Assembly: GCA_000004985.1 (NCBI GenBank) | Contig: GG738873.1 | Reading direction: 5' to 3' (one strand) | Origin: Naegleria gruberi | Taxonomy: Eukaryota | DNA length: 64,000 nt | In this document: in pieces, positions 20,330-30,427 of the stretch | Layout of the letters: each line of letters begins with the position of its first letter | How positions within the stretch are numbered: position 1 is the first letter of the stretch | The notes under the pieces: generated by a model | The model's database searches: none | Seen by the model: the letters and a program-made list of their open reading frames with translations, nothing else | What the model was told of the DNA's origin: nothing | Program-made: the position numbers and the translations under genes

Positions 20330-22219
20330 ATGTCAGAATTATGGACAAGTGTCAGTTCAGAATTTTATAAAGCAAAGATGGTGAATTTTTATGTGTTTGT
20401 TCGAGGTTATGGGCAAAGATTTCACATTCTTGAAGATTTTGATATCATCATCACGTCCAGAAACTTGTTTTTGGAAAAGTTTAGATACTACCAGAAGGGT
20501 AGTGGAAAGAGAACTGAGAAGGGTCATTTATTCGAAACTTCTGACTTTGAATTTATAAATGTTCACCCATTTTCCGTTTACCAGGTGGATGAGGCTGCAA
20601 CTGGCTTGAATTTGAGTGTTATAGTTGCTAAACCATCATGTGAATCATCAACTCTTCTTTCGTTTGATTACGAACCTTCACTTTTCAACTCATGGCAAAT
20701 AATGAATTTGACAGAAGGGAAAATGATTTGTGATTACGACATGGAGTGCTTGAAAAGATATAACAAGATCGAGTTTAAATTGATATCTATGGTACGTTGG
20801 TGATTTATTTCTAACAATCAAAAGGTGAATCAACAAATTATTCGAAATGAAATTTCATCAGTCTACGGATTGACCAGTAATTCCTCAATTTCCCAATTAG
20901 AATCTCTTTACCTTCCACCATCATGCCACAATTGTCAAAATGAATATTGTGCCGATCTCATCTTTAACGATTTCGAATATTGGTTAATTCCACAAACTTT
21001 AATTGTAATCATTCATTTTCTTTTCCTTTTTTGTACTGGAGCATTGAAACAGCCATCAGTCAAGAGAAGATTATTCACGCCCTATTTACCAATCACTATT
21101 TTATATATCGAGTTGGCTATTTCTGATTTGTTTTGGCCAATTTGCAATCAATTGTTGACAAGTATTGGAATTATTGTTAATTTTTGCATTCTAGTTCATT
21201 TGTTTACCTATTTAAGGTTATATTATTTGAGGAATTTGTATGGAGTATTTTCATTATCAAAGAATATCAATTCTAAACTGTCAGGATTAGGTGGTATAAT
21301 TCCTGGAATGTTAGTTACATTAATTTTACCATTTTTCTTAAGTTTTTTGGTTTCTGTTCCATATATTGCAATCTATTTCATGGTTAATTTGGCTCTCAAT
21401 TTAGTATTCAACATTATTCTTGGCATTTCACTTGGTGTTGCCTGCATCATTGGATTTATTGTAATCTTAATTGACTTGGTTCTCAATAGGAAGAAGTGGA
21501 AAGAGAAGGGTTTGAGATATATGCTTTTCTTTGACGATCCATTCCTCATTAGAATTGACATGACCTTGTTAACAATTAATTTGATTTTTATCATTTTGAT
21601 TGCATCGGTAGGAGCTGTCTATCGACATGCTTCATACTTTTTCAGAGTGATGGTTTTTATGATATTTTGTTTGGTGAGTGGTGGAAGTTGTGTGATTAAA
21701 TTATTGGTTGAAAAGATGAGAGGAAATTCGAGGGATCACCAGGGAGAGGAGGATGTGATTGACACCTATCTGAAACATGATGATTTTAAGATGCTGTTTA
21801 GGGAATATTGTGTGAAGGAGTTGTCGTTGGAGAATTTTAATTTTTATATCATGTTAATTGATTTGAAAGCAAAGGCAAATAGGAGGTTGACCACTGAGAT
21901 GATGGATACTATTCAGAAAGAGTATTTGTCATCTTCAGCTATGTTCGAATTGAATATTTCAAGTCAGTGTAGACAATCTTTTTTCTTATTAAGGAAAAAT
22001 CTCGAAAAGCAAATTGCCAATTTAGAATTATCATCTAATAAGGATATGGCCTCTGATTCTGGTGAATCTCCATGTTTGAGAATTCATGATTTAATTTTAT
22101 TGTTCGAATATGAAGTGTTAACAAATCTCAAAGATACATTCTCAAGAATGGAGAAAACAAGTGAATTCAGAACATGGCTTCATACTCTCAAAATTCAAAA
22201 ACAAAACAACATTTGTTAA
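20330..22219 (+). CDS. Multi-pass (7-8 TM) membrane protein with a C-terminal RGS domain. Possibly 2 exons, 20330..20791 and 20825..22219, joined by a 33-nt intron; alternatively two separate genes.
   Basis: Downstream ORF: 7-8 hydrophobic helices (LIPQTLIVIIHFLFLFCTGAL, LPITILYIELAISDLFWPI, LLTSIGIIVNFCILVHLF, IIPGMLVTLILPFFLSFLVSV, YIAIYFMVNLALNLVFNIILGISLGVACIIGFIVILIDLVL, LLTINLIFIILIASVGAVY, VMVFMIFCLVSGGSCVIKLLV). Then an RGS domain: FKMLFREYCVKELSLENFNFYIMLIDLKA…IQKEYLSSSAMFELNIS…FEYEVLTNLKDTFSRMEKTSEFRTWL. The upstream 157-aa ORF ends in ATG|GTACGT…TTCTAACAATCAAAAG|GTG, i.e. an in-phase donor, a CTAAC branch point and an AG acceptor. Confidence 0.5.
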
Positions 22220-22390
22220 CAAATATCTGTTCTCTTTTTCAAATCTGAAACTCAAATAGGATTTAATTACTAAATGAGAAAGTAAACTATAAACATCCTC
22301 AATTAAGGAAGTTTGAATTAAATATCTAATAGATACAGCCTTAATAATGGAGAACAATTCTCAGAACATGATTCAAAAACAGTGTTAACT

Positions 22391-23830
22391 TTATTGTTGC
22401 TTTTGCTTCTTACACAGTTGCATTATAGCTTGACTTAGATCTGAGATCATATTGTTTTGAGCTTCTACTAGTTGGTAAAGTTTGGAAATATCTGAACTAT
22501 TCTTCTCAATTAGAAGAGTCAAACTCCTTATTCTACTATCCTCGCTTATCTTTCTCTTTCTATATGGTAAATCACTAGTAATACAATCAATATGTGGAAG
22601 GGAAGAATCTTTCATTGGAGAAGTGGCACTTTCTTGTTGAGGAACTGGAGGACTTGACAATGTTAAATCAGCAAAGCTGGGCAATCTTTCTTTCACAATA
22701 CTCGATGCAACATTAGCGAGGGAGGAGAGAGGATCAGAGGAACTTTGGTTAGTGCTGGAGATTGGAGATTGAATGATTGCTTTTTGCTTTAGTGAAGGTG
22801 GTATGGTAATAACTTCATCTTCAATGACGTTGGAAAGTGTGCTTATTTCTTGCTCACCTCCTTCATCAGATGGTGAATCATTCGATGAGGTGGTAGAATG
22901 AGATTGATGTACAATTTCAGATTGCTTGGATGCAGATGATGGCTCTTTTCTTCTCTTTGCCATGTCCAACATCATCTGACCTCTACTTCTTGATCTTACC
23001 CAGAAAGAATCAGAAACACATATTAGTTTGTTATTCGAATCATAGATATCAATGTATGCCACCCTACTACTTGTATTACCCTTCATGTTATTGATTTTAG
23101 ACACTACTTGAAACTCGACGACATGTTTTCTTGTTTTTGGATCAAACGTGAAGAATGCTTCAGTCACAACTTTTCCCCCAGCAGAATCTTTCAACTTGAG
23201 AAAGCTCTTACAATTCTCAAAGTCATTACCTTCAATCACAAGATAATCCTTGATGCTACAATTATGAGTTGTTGAGTGTGGATGTTTAGTTTTTGGATCA
23301 TTCAATCTCCATCCTTCTCTACACTCAAAAACAACAGCATGCTGTTGTTGAGCACCATTCACAAAGTGAAGACAAGGCTTAGAAATGGGAAATGATGAAA
23401 GGGAATCATTGGTAGTCTTTGGGAGAAGAGTTTGTGATTGGTAAGGTGATTGGTTAGTATTTACATTATCAAGCAAATTCATTTCAGTGATGGAGGTAGT
23501 GGTGATGGTCTGAGGAGATGATAAATGATTGGATGGATATTGATCGTCGGAATCAGTTAATGTACAAGATCCTGAAGAAATCACTTGAAAACTTCTATTC
23601 GATTCTGATGGTAACAATGTTGAATTGAGAAAGCCTTTGTTATTTAACAAGGATTCTTGCTTAATATTTGATTGATTGTTGGAACAACTTGTATCACTAC
23701 TAATAGAAGTATTATTACTATTACTACTACTACTATTCAACAGCAGCCGAGGCTTCGTTGCAGGTGGTGTTGTTGTGTTGGTGGTGGTGGTGTAACTTGA
23801 ACGAGGACTGTTTTCAGCAGAGGTGACCAT
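22391..23830 (-). CDS. Hypothetical Ser/Thr/Asn-rich protein with a central globular domain and a C-terminal coiled-coil
   Basis: 479-aa ORF. The central block HAVVFECREGWRLNDPKTKHPHSTTHNCSIKDYLVIEGNDFENCKSFLKLKDSAGGKVVTEAFFTFDPKTRKHVVEFQVVSK is non-repetitive. The C-terminus LYQLVEAQNNMISDLSQAIMQLCKKQKQQ is coiled-coil-like. I recognise no family. Confidence 0.45.
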   Translation of the reverse strand: MVTSAENSPRSSYTTTTNTTTPPATKPRLLLNSSSSNSNNTSISSDTSCSNNQSNIKQESLLNNKGFLNSTLLPSESNRSFQVISSGSCTLTDSDDQYPSNHLSSPQTITTTSITEMNLLDNVNTNQSPYQSQTLLPKTTNDSLSSFPISKPCLHFVNGAQQQHAVVFECREGWRLNDPKTKHPHSTTHNCSIKDYLVIEGNDFENCKSFLKLKDSAGGKVVTEAFFTFDPKTRKHVVEFQVVSKINNMKGNTSSRVAYIDIYDSNNKLICVSDSFWVRSRSRGQMMLDMAKRRKEPSSASKQSEIVHQSHSTTSSNDSPSDEGGEQEISTLSNVIEDEVITIPPSLKQKAIIQSPISSTNQSSSDPLSSLANVASSIVKERLPSFADLTLSSPPVPQQESATSPMKDSSLPHIDCITSDLPYRKRKISEDSRIRSLTLLIEKNSSDISKLYQLVEAQNNMISDLSQAIMQLCKKQKQQ

Positions 23831-24324
23831 TCAAGCCTTTTCTTGAAACCTTTGGCTTTTGCGCTTTTTTTTTTAACTGAAATTACTTCAAAAACAATGC
23901 TCGGATTCATCAATTCCGTTCTAGAGCAAAGAATTTTCCATCCATCATCACTCTAGCAGCATGAATTGATTGAAAATTGTACTTGCAATGAAATAAATAG
24001 AAATCGGTTTGTTTTTGATGGAGGTTGGTAATGAAAATGTTGTATGGAGCAGAATGAGGTTGAACCTCTTGATGATGACGACAGCACACGTGTGTTTTTT
24101 ATGGTAAATCAATCTGTTATGGATATTTGAAAGTTTAGGAAGAATCGATATCGTTTCGAAACTGATTGAATCACAATAAATACCAGTTAAATGCATTTTA
24201 ACATGGGAAGCCAATAAGAGACATCATCATCATTGAAAATAATGAAAATAACACCTTTCAATTTTCATCATCGGAGCAAAAATAATAAAAATTAAATAAT
24301 ATTCGTGATGAGCTAAAAATCAAG

Positions 24325-26703
24325 TTGTTTGATGAAAAAAAAATGTTGAAACGATTCCTCAGTGCTAGTGTTGCTCATCATCACTATTCGAACACAACCT
24401 CATCATCAACAATACTCTCATCGGTAATTCCTTCAGGTAAAAATTTTGCCAATAATGCCTCTTCATTAGTATTAAATTTGAGAAATTATTCTTCGTCATC
24501 TTCTCAAGATAAGAAAGTTTCATCTCTAAAACACACAACACGTCAAAAGGATATTAAAAGTAATCAAGATAGTACGGATTCTCTCGGAAATATTATGTTT
24601 GAATTACCAAGTGATAAAATCAGAAATGTAGGAATTATTGCTCATATTGATGCTGGAAAAACAACAACAACTGAAAGAATGCTTTATTATAGTGGATATA
24701 GTTCTCATTTGGGAAATGTTGATGATGGTGATACAATTACTGATTATATGCCACAAGAACAAGAAAGAGGTATCACCATTACAAGTGCTGCAATTACATT
24801 TAAATGGAAGGATCATAGAGTTAATTTAATTGATACTCCTGGTCACGTTGACTTTACTTTTGAAGTGGAAAGATCAGTGAGTGTTTTGGATGGTGCTGTT
24901 GCAATTTTTGATGTTGTCAATGGTGTGGAAGCTCAAAGTAAGACAGTTTGGAGACAAGCAGATAGATATAATGTACCAAGAATTGTTTACATGAATAAGA
25001 TGGATAAAATTGGAGCTAATTTTGAAACAGCAATTGAAACCTTGTTGGAAAGATTGCCAAGTTGTCCAACCCCAATTCCTATTCAATTACCTAGTGGAAC
25101 AGAAGATGCTTTCAATTCAGTTTTTGATTTGATTGAATTGAAGGAATATGTTTTCACAGGTGATGAATCTAGAACTTATAACATTAAACCAATTCAGGAA
25201 AAGGATTTAGCAAGAGTTACGGAAGCAAGAGAAACAATGATTGATACTATTGCTAGTCTTGATGATGAATTAGGAGAAAAATATTTAAACGAGGAAGAAA
25301 TTACATCTGAGGATATTCACAATGCTGTCAGAAGAGTTACAATTGAGAGAAAGGGTATTCCAATTTTCTGTGGAAGTTCATTGAAGAATAAGGGAGTTCA
25401 ACAAGTTATGGATGGTATTGTGAGATATCTTCCTGGTCCAAAAATTGATGAAGCTTCAAAGCAAAGAGAATTGAATGCCTTTGCCTTCAAGGTTATTAAC
25501 GATGTACAAAGAGGGTTATTGGTATTCGTTAGAGTTTATAGTGGTTCTGTTGATATCACTAAATCTCCAGCAATTTTCAATCACTCAAAGAATCAAAAGG
25601 AAAGAATTGGTAAAGTTTATCAAATGCATGCCAACGTTCCTCAAGAAGTCAAGAAAATCTCAGCTGGTAACATTGGTGTCCTTGTTGGTTTGAAAGAAAC
25701 AGGTACAGGTGATATTCTTGTTGCTAAACAAGGATCCAAGACTGACCCGTCAATTCCACAACTTTCTGTTCCAAAACCTGTTTTCTTCTGTTCAATAGAG
25801 GCTGAAAATAGTGCAGATCAAGATGCTCTCGATAATGCCTTGTCAATTATGCAAAAGGAAGACCCAAGTTTACAAATTACAAATAATGAAGAAACCAATC
25901 AAACACTTGTGAGTGGTATGGGTGAATTGCATTTGGAAATTATTAAGGATAGAATTTTAACAGAATACGGTATCAATGTTGAAATGGGTGAGGTACAAAT
26001 TTCATACAGAGAAACACTTACTGTCGAATCACCAGTCACATATTTGGAATTTGATAAGAAACTCACCACTGGAAAGAGACTTTATGCTAGGTTGTGGATT
26101 AAAGTTGGTCCTGCCGAATCTGGTGTAGGAAATAACGTCGAGTTTGATTGGGATGAGGATAAATGTACTCCAGACATGAAGACTATCAAGAAATTTGAAA
26201 AATCCATTAGATATGGTCTTGAAAGTAGTTTCATGAGAGGTGCTCTCTTGGGATATCCAATCGAAGAAATCAAGGTTACAGTTGTTGGAGCATCAGTTTT
26301 GGATGAGAATAGAGAACAAATCGTTGTAGGAGAAGAATTACAAAATCAATCATTTATTCAATGTGCCCACTCATTGTTTACTAAGATTTTGAAGGACAAT
26401 GAACAGAGTGCCAGACTTTTGGAACCATATATGAATTTGGAAATTGAAACAGATAGAGCATATATTGGTACAATTATGTCAGATTTGACAGGTTCTAGAA
26501 GAGCTAAGATTAAGGGTATGCAAGCTAGAAATGACCTCACAGTTATTTCAGCAGAAGTACCACTCAGTGAAATGATTGGATACAGTTCTCATTTGAGATC
26601 ACTCACATCTGGTCAATGCCACTATCATATGGACTTTGCTAGATATGAAACTTTACAACAAGAATATCAAAGAAAGCTCATTACAAAACTGAGAGGTTAT
26701 TAG
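24325..26703 (+). CDS. gfm2: Mitochondrial elongation factor G 2 / ribosome-recycling GTPase (EF-G2mt, GFM2/MEF2-like)
   Basis: N-terminal presequence-like region, then EF-G GTPase motifs GIIAHIDAGKTTTTERMLY (G1), DTPGHVDF (G3), NKMDK (G4). EF-G domains II-V are colinear. Length 792 aa. Confidence 0.88.
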   Translation: MFDEKKMLKRFLSASVAHHHYSNTTSSSTILSSVIPSGKNFANNASSLVLNLRNYSSSSSQDKKVSSLKHTTRQKDIKSNQDSTDSLGNIMFELPSDKIRNVGIIAHIDAGKTTTTERMLYYSGYSSHLGNVDDGDTITDYMPQEQERGITITSAAITFKWKDHRVNLIDTPGHVDFTFEVERSVSVLDGAVAIFDVVNGVEAQSKTVWRQADRYNVPRIVYMNKMDKIGANFETAIETLLERLPSCPTPIPIQLPSGTEDAFNSVFDLIELKEYVFTGDESRTYNIKPIQEKDLARVTEARETMIDTIASLDDELGEKYLNEEEITSEDIHNAVRRVTIERKGIPIFCGSSLKNKGVQQVMDGIVRYLPGPKIDEASKQRELNAFAFKVINDVQRGLLVFVRVYSGSVDITKSPAIFNHSKNQKERIGKVYQMHANVPQEVKKISAGNIGVLVGLKETGTGDILVAKQGSKTDPSIPQLSVPKPVFFCSIEAENSADQDALDNALSIMQKEDPSLQITNNEETNQTLVSGMGELHLEIIKDRILTEYGINVEMGEVQISYRETLTVESPVTYLEFDKKLTTGKRLYARLWIKVGPAESGVGNNVEFDWDEDKCTPDMKTIKKFEKSIRYGLESSFMRGALLGYPIEEIKVTVVGASVLDENREQIVVGEELQNQSFIQCAHSLFTKILKDNEQSARLLEPYMNLEIETDRAYIGTIMSDLTGSRRAKIKGMQARNDLTVISAEVPLSEMIGYSSHLRSLTSGQCHYHMDFARYETLQQEYQRKLITKLRGY

Positions 26704-26715
26704 GCTCTTTATAAA

Positions 26716-27657
26716 TTAAATACTTTCTTTTTGATACTCTTCTGTTGTTACTCGTTTGTAATTAGATCCACAAATTATACAAGAAACGGAAAATCTTTTA
26801 GCCCAAGGTGACAGTGGCATGTAGGTGCTTATTCTGCCACAGAACTTGCATTCCTTAATTGGCATGCTATTACTTGGAGTACTAGATTGTCTCTTTTGTG
26901 GGAATTCAACAATAGGACCTTTCTTAGTGATACAATCATAAAACTTTTTGTGTGGTAAAATATCATACCCTTGTTTGAAAAGGAATCCTCTAAAGTTAGG
27001 TGCAAGATCCAAAAACTCAATATATTGTTGTGTTGAATATTGACAAATATACTCATTAGATCCAAAATTAGAGGATTGTAAAATTGATTTCCATGTTTCA
27101 ACATCCAAATAATTATTGGTCTTTAGAGCAGGGTTAGCTGCCAAAGACCAATAAAATTGAACAACTTGTGTAATTGTTTGTTGACTGAATATGAATGAAT
27201 CCACCTTGTTGTGTGTAACAACTACTGAAATTAAATACGCATAGAATGATAATTCCTTCAGAACATCCATTGAAATCTTGGATTTAATGAGTGAACTCTT
27301 TAAATTGCTGTTAATCAAAATGATAATTAGCAAACGTACCAAAAAGTATACAGAAATAGCGTGCTTTTTTTCAGTGGCTGGTTCATTAACAAGATCAGTG
27401 GCTGCTTTCTTTACGAACAGCAATAATCGAATACACCAGTTAGCAAATGGAGCAAATGGTAAAAGAACATTAGGATCCCTAAAGTTTCCAACCTTTTCAT
27501 CAATAATCTTTTTAACATTCTCAAATGATGCATCATTAAGCTGTTTATCAAAATTAGGAACAACTCTGTCATTTCTAATGACCTCTGTGATAGTCTTTGC
27601 ATATACCATAGATTGCATGTAAATACTGTGACCTCTCTTTGCAGCACTTGCACTCAT
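26716..27657 (-). CDS. Hypothetical protein with a C-terminal C4 zinc-ribbon (CKFCGR…CIICGS)
   Basis: 313-aa ORF with a C-terminal Cx2C…Cx2C motif. No family recognised. Confidence 0.4.
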   Translation of the reverse strand: MSASAAKRGHSIYMQSMVYAKTITEVIRNDRVVPNFDKQLNDASFENVKKIIDEKVGNFRDPNVLLPFAPFANWCIRLLLFVKKAATDLVNEPATEKKHAISVYFLVRLLIIILINSNLKSSLIKSKISMDVLKELSFYAYLISVVVTHNKVDSFIFSQQTITQVVQFYWSLAANPALKTNNYLDVETWKSILQSSNFGSNEYICQYSTQQYIEFLDLAPNFRGFLFKQGYDILPHKKFYDCITKKGPIVEFPQKRQSSTPSNSMPIKECKFCGRISTYMPLSPWAKRFSVSCIICGSNYKRVTTEEYQKESI

Positions 27658-27700
27658 ACTAATTCAATATTGTTAATAGTTCATGAAAATCCCAAATAAC

Positions 27701-29257
27701 TTACAAATAAATAGAAAATATAAACATTTCTAAAGAATAAATATAAATAACATTCTTGGAAGAATTTTCCAATTTCAATCTGCATTGTTCAAATTCTGCT
27801 CCAATAGTTGTAATTTCCTCAGGAGACACCAATTTTTTGATTGATGCAAATAAATCCCATCTGTCGTAATTGTTAATAAGACATAAATTAAGCATATTGA
27901 TATACTCTGCATTGGATCTCTTTTGTAATGGGAAGAGTCTAACTTTCATAGATGAATCTAAAACAGCAATAACACAACAATTTGGGGATATATCTGCATC
28001 ACAAATTGTGGTATCAACAGGTTCCTCTGTCAGTTTTCTCTTTTTTGGTAATGGATTATTAATAGGTTCTTCCAATATTAATTCATCAGTTTCTCCTTTG
28101 GTATCTATTGTTTGGTAGTGCTTGAAGGACATTATTTCTGCAGCATATTTATATACATGGACTTTAGTGGTATCTGTAAATAATAAATAATTTCCATCAA
28201 TTGAAGTTTTAAATGAGAGCATTTCGGCTTTAAGAGGAGTAAAGTGCTTATCTTCTCTCCAATATTTTAGGGCGTGGGTTATATCGTCTTTAGAGTCTTT
28301 GGAATCTTTAAATTGCAAGCTTTGATCTCCTGCACTGGTCATTACTGCTTTCAAGCTCATTCTTTTAGGGTATTGGTGATAAATCATATATTTGTTATCT
28401 TGGGTCTGTATCATGATCTTATTCTTATATGGAATCAAGTATAGACCTGCAACAAGACCATCTATTGAGAAGCAAGTTCTCGAAATTAATATTAAATTAT
28501 TTGGAAGGGTAGTATCTACATTTCTACCTCTTTCAATGGCTAACTTTGCAACATGAATAGTTGAACTATCTCTTTCTGAACATATTACACAAATATTTCC
28601 ATCTTCCAATATTGTGAAATCTGCACAAATAAGTCCATTTAAATTCAATTGAATACTAGAAGTTACCCATTTGTATTTTGAATGGTCATAGAAATAAAAT
28701 AAAACCTCTCCATGGCTTGTGATGGCAATAAATGAACGAGTTCCACTTGGTAAATTAACAATTGATGAATATTTTCGGGTGTATCTAGCTTCCAATTCTG
28801 GTGAATCATTATTAATTGTTGTATTGTCATTAAGATAAGTAATAACATTGTCACACCATTTACAACACAATACATTCTCGCAATAAAAAGTCTTTCTTAA
28901 ATGATAATCGTTAACACATTGATTGACACATTTCCACAAAGTAATAGTATTGTATCTATCATGAGACAATAACATTCCAACTCCTTGAGAAAGTTGCCAA
29001 TTTAATCCTCTAACTTCATCATACAAATGATTTGACGGAATTTTCTCCACTTTTGATGGTTCATTCGGATCCACAACAAAAATCTTGTTCTGTGTAGAAT
29101 AGGATAACATGTTATGCTTGTTGAAGGAAATTACTCCCTTTGGTACAAATTTACTTAGTTCGATCGGTTTTTCATCATCAATAGTACCATTCATCAAACT
29201 TTCCGTTCCATTAGCAACAAGAGAAAAACAACTTCCCTCTTGTGATGATCCGAGCAT
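27701..29257 (-). CDS. Hypothetical protein, possibly a beta-propeller-like repeat protein
   Basis: 518-aa ORF, non-low-complexity, with periodic hydrophobic/Trp-Asp-like patterns. No confident family assignment. Confidence 0.4.
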   Translation of the reverse strand: MLGSSQEGSCFSLVANGTESLMNGTIDDEKPIELSKFVPKGVISFNKHNMLSYSTQNKIFVVDPNEPSKVEKIPSNHLYDEVRGLNWQLSQGVGMLLSHDRYNTITLWKCVNQCVNDYHLRKTFYCENVLCCKWCDNVITYLNDNTTINNDSPELEARYTRKYSSIVNLPSGTRSFIAITSHGEVLFYFYDHSKYKWVTSSIQLNLNGLICADFTILEDGNICVICSERDSSTIHVAKLAIERGRNVDTTLPNNLILISRTCFSIDGLVAGLYLIPYKNKIMIQTQDNKYMIYHQYPKRMSLKAVMTSAGDQSLQFKDSKDSKDDITHALKYWREDKHFTPLKAEMLSFKTSIDGNYLLFTDTTKVHVYKYAAEIMSFKHYQTIDTKGETDELILEEPINNPLPKKRKLTEEPVDTTICDADISPNCCVIAVLDSSMKVRLFPLQKRSNAEYINMLNLCLINNYDRWDLFASIKKLVSPEEITTIGAEFEQCRLKLENSSKNVIYIYSLEMFIFSIYL

Positions 29258-29362
29258 TTTTTTTAATTAATTTGAAATTATTTTTTTATAAAACTTAAAT
29301 ACAATTTTAAATCTATTAATAGTTGTCAATAGTTGAATGAAAAAGTATTGAAATTTTTGGAG

Positions 29363-30379
29363 CTAACTAATGTTTTGAGTGGGATAATTAACAATCTTGC
29401 TTAAAATAGTGGCAAATTGAATGCATTCTTGAACTGAGTTTGGATTGCAGCTCACTATTGAAACCATATTCGATTCTCCAAAGAAATCACCTTTTAAACT
29501 CTTGACAAATGAACATCCTTTGAGTGGTATGATGGGTTGTTGACATAGATCCAATGATCTTGCAATAGGCTTCAATTGTTTAAACACACAAGTCAATTCT
29601 TCACATTGATAATTGACCATTCGAATAAATTTCAATTGACTCTTATGAATGTGCTCTTTCTTTTCATTTTCATCCATGATTCTCCTATCCACTTCTATTA
29701 AAATATAATTTGACATTGTAAATGATGACGTTTCCTTTTGATTGTAGAAACAAGATGTGTTAAATAAACATCTTTCCAAAAATTCCAATGAATCTTTCAA
29801 ATTGAAAAGTGAAATCTTTGAATAGCCGTGAAGAATTGGTTCCTCATTGCTCTGAAATTTAATTACAGGAAAGTTTGCACTTAAAATATCATGAAATCGT
29901 TCACCTGTTAAGCAGAGACAAGATGCTTTGAGTGAAACTGAACTTTTCTGATCAGAAAATAAATGTTCAAACGATTGTTGTATCATTCCATTCATATCAT
30001 CATGTGTATTTCCCATCATTCTATGTCATTCATAACCAATTAATAGAAGAAAATATTAGAATTCAATTTGAAAGTAATCTTACATGTTCATATGGCTGAC
30101 ATCCTCTACAATCATAACAGTTCCATTGTATCCATGGAGTGTTTTATCAATGGTTGGCATGATTGCTTCTTTGAAATATATATTACAATTGACAGGACTT
30201 CATTCTTAAGAGAATTAGAATTTCTTGAAAACTTACTCTTCCACAACTCCATCATATTGATATTCTCTATTATTTTTCAAGTCAACAATGCACTTTCCCT
30301 TGTTGTCCTTAATTTCCATGTCTGTCAATTGATTACCATCATAAACATGCAAGACAACCACTGCTTGACTTTTAGACAT
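29363..30379 (-). CDS. Kinesin motor-domain homologue with degenerate ATPase motifs (pseudo-kinesin), paralogue 1; 3 exons: 30379..30237, 30197..30084, 30020..29363
   Basis: The spliced product is colinear with the kinesin motor. YQYDGVVEED aligns with YAFDRVF. GYNGTVMIVEDVSHMNIMMG aligns with [32 protein letters not shown] aligns with GIIPRIVQDIF. Switch I reads …KETSSFTMSNYILIEV and switch II LKFIRMVNYQCE. The terminal FATILSKIVNYP aligns with the kinesin STLRFANRAKNI tail motif. GTAAGT and GTAAGA donors. Motor-only length of about 305 aa, with no stalk or tail. Confidence 0.65.
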
Positions 30380-30427
30380 TTTTTAATTGTGAAGAGATTA
30401 AAAAGTGTGACACATTGTGACTTGTTA

